Shown one piece after another: positions 8,644 to 14,973 of a stretch of DNA of 27,915 nt; position 1 is the stretch's first letter; the number at the start of each line of letters is the position of its first letter. The position numbers were made by a program, and so were the translations under genes. Under the pieces are notes generated by a model, which was given only the letters and a program-made list of their open reading frames with translations, searched no databases and was not told where the DNA came from. The DNA lies in IMG/VR virus record IMGVR_UViG_3300043756_000111, positions 1-27,915 of that record; one strand, 5' to 3'. Source of the DNA: a virus. Taxonomy: Duplodnaviria > Caudoviricetes.

Positions 8644-8848
8644 GGGATTCCTCCTGTATCGCGATTTCGATCAGTTTGTCCCAGATTGGATCTCCTTGCT
8701 CGCCACCGATTGCGAGCGCCTCGATGGCGAGCTTCATGATTGAGACAGCTTGTGCGGGAGTAATCCGGCGCGATTGGAGATAATCGAGAAGCCTTTCGGT
8801 TTCGTTGAACGGGTCTTCTTTGATCAGTTGTGCTGACATGTTGGTCAC
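8633..8848 (-). CDS. hypothetical protein
   Basis: 71 aa ORF overlapping both neighbours. The start could be ATG 8839. Confidence 0.6.
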   Translation of the reverse strand: MTNMSAQLIKEDPFNETERLLDYLQSRRITPAQAVSIMKLAIEALAIGGEQGDPIWDKLIEIAIQEESHAS

Positions 8849-9093
8849 TCCGTCACGTGTCTATCGTAGTACTCCTTGACTTCGCGCGCGGCGTTGGCCA
8901 AGGTTTCATAGTCATAATTGAACGGCTCGATTTGTTTGGCATAGAGCGGCATGACCCGGTCTCGTATCCAATCACGCCAGCCGTTAACGTCCAGACCACG
9001 GCGCGCCATCAGGCAATGCAGCTGATAGAATTCGCCCGTGTTGATTGTGAACAACACCAGATCATGACGTTGGATCGTCGGTTTGTCTTTCAT
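8845..9093 (-). CDS. hypothetical protein
   Basis: 82 aa. Start follows the element RBS. Confidence 0.8.
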   Translation of the reverse strand: MKDKPTIQRHDLVLFTINTGEFYQLHCLMARRGLDVNGWRDWIRDRVMPLYAKQIEPFNYDYETLANAAREVKEYYDRHVTE

Positions 9094-9099
9094 CGTTTA

Positions 9100-9188
9100 G
9101 ACTCCTTGTAGTGATAACCGCGAGCAAGCGCGGAGTGTTCAGGATGAACACTATGAGGCGGCGCATGTAGCGCCGCCCTTAGTGCTCA
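9100..9188 (-). repeat. structured intergenic element, copy 3 (identical to copy 7)
   Basis: TGAGCACTAAGGGCGGCGCTACATGCGCCGCCTCATAGTGTTCATCCTGAACACTCCGCGCTTGCTCGCGGTTATCACTACAAGGAGTC. The first TGA is the stop of the vWA gene. Confidence 0.95.
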
Positions 9189-10775
9189 GTAGCGTACGCC
9201 AACGTCGATGGCGGGCGCGCCCCAAGGCGCGTGCGCAATGTATTGCCTGACGCGCTCGGGATATCCGTGCACCGCGAAGAGGACGGGGCACGATGGTTGC
9301 GGGCCTGGATCACCGATTTCGAGGTCCGTGAAATTGACGATCAAGGAACAATCGTCAATTTGCTCTTCGACATAGGCGAACAGCGGCCTCATGTCGGTGC
9401 CGCCACGGCCGCGCGGATCGAATACGATCTCATCTTGTTGATGATACGTATCAACTCGCGTGACTTGAACATCACCATAGACGACGATGATTTCATCGAT
9501 GGCGCCGTCGTCCAACGCAGCTTGCGTTTCGTCGCGAACCTGGGCCAGCGCGATGTCATCGCACGAGGCAGAGGTGTCAATCAGAAACGCAACTCGATTG
9601 ATACCGTCCCGTTGGCGTCCGGGCAGATACAATCCCTGGCCAATGAACCGGCGATTTGGTCGGTTCCAGGTTTCGGTTTGTAGCGATCCTTGATCGAACC
9701 ACGCGCGCAGCGTCTCGCGCCAATCCTGGGTTGGATTATTCGAGCGCTCGATCTCGGCGGTGACATGTCCAGGAAGTTGACCGCGCGCTTTCGCCATCGC
9801 GGCGGCCTGTCGAACGATCCGATCCCATTTCTGTTCAGGATCGGGTCCGTCCGTTGACGGCGGCGCGTCGAGAACCTCGCCCACGCTACCAGGGAAATCG
9901 CCGCCACCGTTGGACAGTGGCTTGCCATTTTCTTGTTCGCCGTCGTCGCCCTGGTCGCCTTCGGCTTGGGCGTCGCCTTCGCCCTCGGATTGTTCGTCCT
10001 CGGATTCGCCGTCGCCTTCGCCGTCGCCATCTGAGGATTTCTCGTCAGCTTGTTCGTCACTGTCACCAGTGCCGCCCTTGCCTTCGTTGTCCTGATCTTG
10101 CTCGCCGTGATCAGCATCAGGGCTTTCGCTCTTGCCGTCGCCGTCGTCTTGATCTTCGTCCTCATCGTCAGGATCGCCATTGCCGGTTGCGGTGTCGCCT
10201 TCGTCGGTATCGTCGGACGATTCATCATCGCCCTCGCCGTCGTCAGCCTCTTGATCTTCGGAGTCCTGATCGCCCTCGCCATCGCTGGCTTCAGGAGAAT
10301 CACTGTCCTCAGATTCCTGCTCGTCTTGCTGCTGCTGCTGTTTTTGCTGCCGCTGCTCATCGAGTTCCATGCTGCGATAAATGTCCTCAGCGGACATGCC
10401 TCGATATTTCTCATCAATCAGGACGTCGTCGAGTAGGTCAAAGCCCTGATCTTTGAGAACGAGATTTATCGCGTAGTCGCATGCCTTGTTCCAGCGTTCT
10501 GGATCACGATTGCCGCGTCGCATTGAATGCTTGCTTGCATCGTGTTCGCTTTCGTGCGCCTGAACGAAAACCACTTGTGTTTGACGTTCGAGACTGGCGA
10601 CGAAATCGGGGTTCCAGTAATGCTTGGTCGAATCCGTCGCTGCGCGTTTGACTTGACGCGACAGAACAGGCTCGACGTTTGAAACAAGGACACCATAAAA
10701 CCGGCGCGACATGATCAGCTCGGCACGGGCTTTCGCGACGCGCTCCGCTGCAATCTTGTCGTTTGGATTTTCCAT
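9186..10775 (-). CDS. putative metallopeptidase-vWA protein (DUF2201-like) with a long acidic linker
   Basis: Start MENPND after the element RBS. HESEH...H zincin-like motif and WNKACDYAIN. MIDAS DTSAS plus GGTD and FTD. D/E/G/Q-rich low-complexity middle. Confidence 0.88.
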   Translation of the reverse strand: MENPNDKIAAERVAKARAELIMSRRFYGVLVSNVEPVLSRQVKRAATDSTKHYWNPDFVASLERQTQVVFVQAHESEHDASKHSMRRGNRDPERWNKACDYAINLVLKDQGFDLLDDVLIDEKYRGMSAEDIYRSMELDEQRQQKQQQQQDEQESEDSDSPEASDGEGDQDSEDQEADDGEGDDESSDDTDEGDTATGNGDPDDEDEDQDDGDGKSESPDADHGEQDQDNEGKGGTGDSDEQADEKSSDGDGEGDGESEDEQSEGEGDAQAEGDQGDDGEQENGKPLSNGGGDFPGSVGEVLDAPPSTDGPDPEQKWDRIVRQAAAMAKARGQLPGHVTAEIERSNNPTQDWRETLRAWFDQGSLQTETWNRPNRRFIGQGLYLPGRQRDGINRVAFLIDTSASCDDIALAQVRDETQAALDDGAIDEIIVVYGDVQVTRVDTYHQQDEIVFDPRGRGGTDMRPLFAYVEEQIDDCSLIVNFTDLEIGDPGPQPSCPVLFAVHGYPERVRQYIAHAPWGAPAIDVGVRY

Positions 10776-10780
10776 TGTTT

Positions 10781-10868
10781 GACTCCTTGTCGTGAGTTGC
10801 TCGCGTGCAAGCGCGAGAGTGTACATCGGTACACTATGAGGCGGCCCGTAAGCCGCCCTTAGTGCATC
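10781..10868 (-). repeat. structured intergenic element, copy 4
   Basis: ATGCACTAAG-GGCGGCT-TACG-GGCCGCC-TCATAGTGTAC-CGAT-GTACACT-CTCGCG-CTTGCA-CGCGAG-...-CAAGGAGTC. Confidence 0.93.
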
Positions 10869-10871
10869 GGG

Positions 10872-11822
10872 TTAGGACAGAAACTTGCTGACGTCGGCGA
10901 GAATGTCGTCAGCCGACTTGGCAACGCTCTTGCGCGCCTTGTCGTTTTTCCGAAGTTCGTCAGCATCCTCGGCGCACAACTCTTTGGCCATGCGCTTGGT
11001 GATTTTGTCGAGTTCGGGATCATTGGTCAGATTGAAGGCTGGTAGTAAGTCAACAAGTTCGCGGACGTTCTTGACCAGGGAATCGCGGAAGACGCCCTCA
11101 GCCTTTTCTAAGGTGGTCCGCTTGCCTTTGCCGCTCTTGCGGCGCGTTGGCTGAGCGTACTCGACTTCAGCGGGCTTGTAGTCCTTCAATCGTTCCGCCA
11201 TGTGACCAACCGTTGCGATGATTTGTTCGATCGTCGCTTTCATCGCCCCGGCGACAGCTTGATCAGACGCCTCGGCGATCTCTTGCCGGATGTCTTCGAC
11301 GATCTCGCTATCGAGATCTGACCGAAAATCATCAGCGTCAGGCAGAGGCATGAACCGCAAAGTCATCTGGAACTTGTGCTCCATTTCCTCAACGCTCGGA
11401 TAGTCGGCCGGATCGAAGGCACCGTTCAGCTGCTTCTGCCGCTGTTTCACCGCCTCGGGATAGACGCGGATGAAGTTCTTCTTTGCCACCTCGAACTTTT
11501 GTTTCAGTTCGCGGAAATTGTTGGAGAAGTTCTCATACAGTGCATTCGGCAGAATACGCGGGCCTTCATCTGCCCAAGGACGCGTCACGCGGTAGTGCAG
11601 GAGACGCGCCTCGGAAACAAGTCCCTGAAGTTCGGCGAGATAGGATCCGCCGATCAGCAACTTGTTGTATCGTCCCGCATCTTCAGTTGCGGCATAGCGT
11701 TTATTGGTTTCTGTCGTGATCTTGCGATCCAGCTTGCGCGCGGACCATTGCGAGATCGTCAGCGAAACCAGCAACGCTTTGCGCTTCAACGGCGAGGCGA
11801 TTGCAGTTTGTTTATTAGCCAT
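10872..11822 (-). CDS. DUF3150-like helical protein
   Basis: ALLVSLTISQWSARKLD and DYPSVEEMEHKF. Lies between the AAA+ and vWA genes, the usual context for this family. Confidence 0.7.
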   Translation of the reverse strand: MANKQTAIASPLKRKALLVSLTISQWSARKLDRKITTETNKRYAATEDAGRYNKLLIGGSYLAELQGLVSEARLLHYRVTRPWADEGPRILPNALYENFSNNFRELKQKFEVAKKNFIRVYPEAVKQRQKQLNGAFDPADYPSVEEMEHKFQMTLRFMPLPDADDFRSDLDSEIVEDIRQEIAEASDQAVAGAMKATIEQIIATVGHMAERLKDYKPAEVEYAQPTRRKSGKGKRTTLEKAEGVFRDSLVKNVRELVDLLPAFNLTNDPELDKITKRMAKELCAEDADELRKNDKARKSVAKSADDILADVSKFLS

Positions 11823-11828
11823 TTCATT

Positions 11829-11922
11829 GACTCCTTGTCAGTAGAATTAACCCCGCTGCAAGCGCGGTAGTGTTCGGATGAACACTATGAGATGCCGCAT
11901 GTAGCGGCACCCTTAGTGCTCA
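11829..11922 (-). repeat. structured intergenic element, copy 5
   Basis: TGAGCACTAAG-GGTGCCGC-TACAT-GCGGCATC-TCATAGTGTTC-ATCC-GAACACTA-CCGCGCTTGCAGCGGGG-...-CAAGGAGTC. Confidence 0.95.
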
Positions 11923-11933
11923 CGTTCAGGAAG

Positions 11934-12977
11934 TTATTGAACGATGAGGTCGGCATTGGCTACGGCCCATTCGCCATAGCAGGACGTGTTCTTGAGACTT
12001 TCGTCACGGTTGGTGGCGTCGGTCACCAGTAACATTTCCTTTTCGCGGTTGAGGCGTTGCGCGTACTTCATGATATTGGCGAAATTCTTCTTGGTCGCCA
12101 TACGCGCTAGACCAGTGCAGACCGCATATTGTAGCGACGGCTCAGTCGGAATTGGCGCAGTGTCGGGATTATTAGCGACGTCATCTAGAGTTCCGATGCT
12201 GCGATAGATGCCGATGAAACCATCAAACTCGGCAGCGGGTCCGTCGCCGATATGAGCGGCGAACAAACGCAACCGGAGTTTATCCGAGGCGTTCACGTGT
12301 TTTGCTGCTGCAACGTTTGAACGCGGCGAAGGAAACGTGTTCTCATCACCGCGCGGCATTCGATGCAACAGACCGTCACCGGCCGCCTCACGAAAGCGAA
12401 GGAATGCGACCAACTCGGGCGATACGCCATTCGCATTCGCCCACAGGCAAAACGCGGGTAGATCCGGTTTGCAGAACAAGTGAGCGAACCGATTGCGCAA
12501 CGCGGTCGGCATGCGTTGTGCAGCGGCACGGTCGCTCACTCGATTCCCCGCTGCGACGATGACCCAGCCGTCAGGCAGGACATAATCGCCGACGCGGCGA
12601 TCGAGCACGAGACCAAACAGAACAGCCATCATTTGCGGCGATGCTGTATTGATTTCGTCCAGGAACAAGATGCCACGCTTCCCGTCGCGCTTCTCCTGTG
12701 GCAATTCATCAGGAACGAGCCACTTGGTTGAACCGCTTTTGAGATCAGGAACAGGAATGCCGCGAACGTCTACAGGCTCTCGCAGGTTGGCACGATATTC
12801 GATGACCTTGCGGTCAGTCGCCTCGCCCATCTGAAAGACGATTGCAGACTTGCCGATACCGGGCGGCCCCCATAGCATGACGGCGGCGCCAGCGTCGGTT
12901 AGTTCGCGCAGAAGCACGGCGGCCTCGGCCATCGTGACTTCATGTTCAGTAAGAATAGTAGGTGCTAGCATTGTCAT
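11934..12977 (-). CDS. MoxR/dynein-related AAA+ ATPase
   Basis: Walker A GPPGIGKS, Walker B ILFLDEIN, sensor I VAAGN, Arg finger ALRNRF and sensor II PSPRS. Confidence 0.92.
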   Translation of the reverse strand: MTMLAPTILTEHEVTMAEAAVLLRELTDAGAAVMLWGPPGIGKSAIVFQMGEATDRKVIEYRANLREPVDVRGIPVPDLKSGSTKWLVPDELPQEKRDGKRGILFLDEINTASPQMMAVLFGLVLDRRVGDYVLPDGWVIVAAGNRVSDRAAAQRMPTALRNRFAHLFCKPDLPAFCLWANANGVSPELVAFLRFREAAGDGLLHRMPRGDENTFPSPRSNVAAAKHVNASDKLRLRLFAAHIGDGPAAEFDGFIGIYRSIGTLDDVANNPDTAPIPTEPSLQYAVCTGLARMATKKNFANIMKYAQRLNREKEMLLVTDATNRDESLKNTSCYGEWAVANADLIVQ

Positions 12978-12978
12978 A

Positions 12979-13073
12979 GACTCCTTGGAGATGTGAACCG
13001 CGTTGCAAGCGCGGTAGTGATCGGACGATCACTATGGAACGGCGCTTTTACAAACGCCGCTCGGTAGTGAACG
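12979..13073 (-). repeat. structured intergenic element, copy 6 (most divergent full copy)
   Basis: CGTTCACTA-CC-GAGCGGCGT..GCGCCGTTC-CA-TAGTGATC-GTCC-GATCACTA-CCGCG-CTTGCAA-CGCGG-...-CAAGGAGTC. Confidence 0.9.
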
Positions 13074-13074
13074 A

Positions 13075-13320
13075 TCAGCACTCTTGTTCGATGCAGAGCG
13101 TGTCAGGAGTTATGAAAAAACCACGACGTGGGCGCATTATGTCGCCCGCATCAAGAAGTGGTTTGAGATACTTGGTAAGCGGCCAGCCAGCTCCAACACT
13201 GGCAGTAACACCGGCAGGCAGCAATCCAAGTCGCACCAGTTCGTGATACATTTCGGTGCGGCGAACGCCTCGACTACACAAGTCGATGATCGCGATGTTG
13301 GTCAGGTCGTCTTTAGTCAT
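13075..13320 (-). CDS. hypothetical protein
   Basis: 81 aa. Exactly fills the gap between element copies 7 and 6. Confidence 0.8.
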   Translation of the reverse strand: MTKDDLTNIAIIDLCSRGVRRTEMYHELVRLGLLPAGVTASVGAGWPLTKYLKPLLDAGDIMRPRRGFFITPDTLCIEQEC

Positions 13321-13327
13321 TGTTCTA

Positions 13328-13416
13328 GACTCCTTGTAGTGATAACCGCGAGCAAGCGCGGAGTGTTCAGGATGAACACTATGAGGCGGCGCATGTAGCG
13401 CCGCCCTTAGTGCTCA
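13328..13416 (-). repeat. structured intergenic element, copy 7 (identical to copy 3)
   Basis: Same 89 nt as 9100-9188. Begins at the TGA stop of the upstream gene. Confidence 0.95.
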
Positions 13417-13761
13417 ACGTAACGAATTCAGATATTCGTTGAGATTCGCTGTGAAGCGTTGCGCATTCGGGTGCGAGTTACGAAACCCGAGAGCGATCCA
13501 ACCATTGAACCACTCGCGTAACACATCGATTTGCTTGGTTGAGAATATGTTAACCATATCCTCATCGTCGCTCCAAACAATGCGCGCGGCGATATGGTTG
13601 CCGATGCGCTTTGCATTAAAGCTGTACGTCATCTCACCGTCACTCAGAACGAAGCGTCGGGTGTCGGTCACCTGATCAAGAAGTGTGAGTTCCTGTTGAT
13701 CGAACTTGTTGCCTTTCATGGCGCGATCAACGGTGTGCGTGATCAGTCGATTTGAGTACAT
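13414..13761 (-). CDS. hypothetical protein, first gene of the leftward operon
   Basis: Start reassigned to ATG 13761 (MYSNRL) after CAAGGAGTC. Confidence 0.78.
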   Translation of the reverse strand: MYSNRLITHTVDRAMKGNKFDQQELTLLDQVTDTRRFVLSDGEMTYSFNAKRIGNHIAARIVWSDDEDMVNIFSTKQIDVLREWFNGWIALGFRNSHPNAQRFTANLNEYLNSLR

Positions 13762-13767
13762 CGTGTA

Positions 13768-13830
13768 GACTCCTTGTAGTTTGATGAACCGCGTTTGCAA
13801 GCGCGGGTGATGCTGGATTGCATCCAGAAG
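13768..13830 (-). repeat. partial/lead copy of the intergenic element
   Basis: CCGCG-CTTGCAAA-CGCGG...CAAGGAGTC, preceded by a different pair of overlapping hairpins (CTGGAT/ATCCAG versus GATGC/GCATC). Confidence 0.8.
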
Positions 13831-14275
13831 AGGCACGGCACTCGATCCACAGAGGGCAATGGCCGCGCCCCTTCAAGATGCACACCTTGCAAGTGTGCAG
13901 TAGTAGGAGTCGGAGTCAGATAGATTGTTTTACGTCGTTCATACGTCACGCGCCGGGAACGCTATCATCGTTGAGCGCAGCGAACAGCTACTCGGATTAA
14001 ACCTACGATGGGAAGCAACGGAACCGCGACACCACGCACGAACAAGAAGTTCGTACTCGGCGAGAGCCTCTAGGGTGGACGTGCGACCAACAAGAAGTTG
14101 GCGCACGCGGGCAAGCCACCGCGCGCGTTGACTTAGACAGACTATGTATCAAACTGTGCGAGTCCTTGATGCCGTCACCTCGGGGGAGGCCCGGTTGACC
14201 CGGTCATTCGGCACAGATCGAATTGTCAATTAGCATGCGTAACGTTACCGTGTGTAACGTACGCTATGAACGTGC
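13831..14275 (-). ncRNA. candidate long structured 5' leader or ncRNA
   Basis: No convincing ORF between the promoter and the first gene. Several hairpins, including two with TTCTT loops and two with CTTGC in or at the loop. Confidence 0.5.
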
Positions 14276-14279
14276 ATAG

Positions 14280-14308
14280 AATATAGGCCATTTTGGCCAT
14301 AGGCGCAA
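14280..14308 (-). promoter_or_regulatory. sigma70-type leftward promoter with a palindromic spacer
   Basis: TTGCGC-17 bp-TATATT. The spacer contains GGCCAAAATGGCC. Closely matches 6061-6089. Confidence 0.7.
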
Positions 14309-14327
14309 CGTCTAATTTCGCCTGTGA

Positions 14328-14393
14328 AATCAATGACTTACGTGTTAGTTTGCACTCGTCGAAGCGAAAAACGCTAGGAAAATCAATGGGTTA
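14328..14393 (+). promoter_or_regulatory. two IHF-consensus sites
   Basis: AATCAAtgacTTA (14328-14340) and AATCAAtgggTTA (14381-14393) both match WATCAANNNNTTR. Confidence 0.6.
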
Positions 14394-14487
14394 GCCATCG
14401 CTGACGGTGCTACGATCTCGCCGCTACGGCCTGTAGCGATTGCTTGAGTGGCGAGCAGGAAATCACCGGCAAATGAGGATCAACAAC

Positions 14488-14970
14488 ATGAGCCACGCCG
14501 TTCCAACCAAGCTCAAACTGATACGCGGCAATCCTGGACACCAGAAAATTCACACAGAGCCCGAGCCGCACATTCCGGACGAAGTTCCTGAACCGCCTGC
14601 AATGCTGTCCGAACCTGCCCGCGAGGAATGGAAACGCATGGCGGCAGAACTGCATCGTTTAGGATTGTTGACGACCGTGGATCTCAACGCGTTCGGCGCC
14701 TACTGCCAAAGTTACGGCCGCTGGTATCAAGCAGAGCGGGCACTGGCGAAAATGGCTGAGCAGTTGCCAAACGATGCGCTGATGGTGCGCGGCTCTCAAG
14801 GAAAAAATCTGGTGCAAAATCCGCTGGTGAAAATCGCTGACCGCGCGGCGCTAAACATGATTCGGATCGCCAGCGAGTTCGGCTGTACACCGGCCGCACG
14901 CGCGCGCATTGCCGCTGGCTGGCAAGGACCACAACGGCCAAGCAAATTCGAGGGATTGCTCGCGGGCTGA
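14488..14970 (+). CDS. terS: terminase small subunit, P27 family
   Basis: PTKLKLIRGNPG, PPAMLSEPAREEW, AYCQSY, QNPLV and SEFGCTPAARARI. ATG 14488 after GAGGA. Confidence 0.93.
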   Translation: MSHAVPTKLKLIRGNPGHQKIHTEPEPHIPDEVPEPPAMLSEPAREEWKRMAAELHRLGLLTTVDLNAFGAYCQSYGRWYQAERALAKMAEQLPNDALMVRGSQGKNLVQNPLVKIADRAALNMIRIASEFGCTPAARARIAAGWQGPQRPSKFEGLLAG

Positions 14971-14973
14971 AGC

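Noticed and set aside
9581-10456. Long alternative-frame ORFs over the vWA gene
   Set aside because: Shadows of the low-complexity acidic linker in GC-rich DNA.
7028-13416. Repeats as a CRISPR array
   Set aside because: The repeats are about 90 nt and variable, the intervening sequences are 250-1600 bp of intact genes, and no cas genes are present.
7028-13416. Repeats as canonical integron attC sites
   Set aside because: There are no consistent RYYYAAC/GTTRRRY ends, the element is multi-hairpin and contains the RBS, and no integrase is in the window. Only the cassette-like layout is similar.
7028-13416. Repeats as intrinsic terminators, hammerhead ribozymes or REP elements
   Set aside because: No U-tract follows the stems and there is no CUGANGA/GAAA core. 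The plus-strand GTAG/GGAG overlaps a stem and is not invariant, and no RAYT gene is seen.
13743-14131. Short ORFs 13743-13949 (-), 13818-14000 (+) and 13925-14131 (+)
   Set aside because: They have no clear RBS and run through hairpins or the element. They are treated as non-coding, though a leader peptide cannot be excluded.
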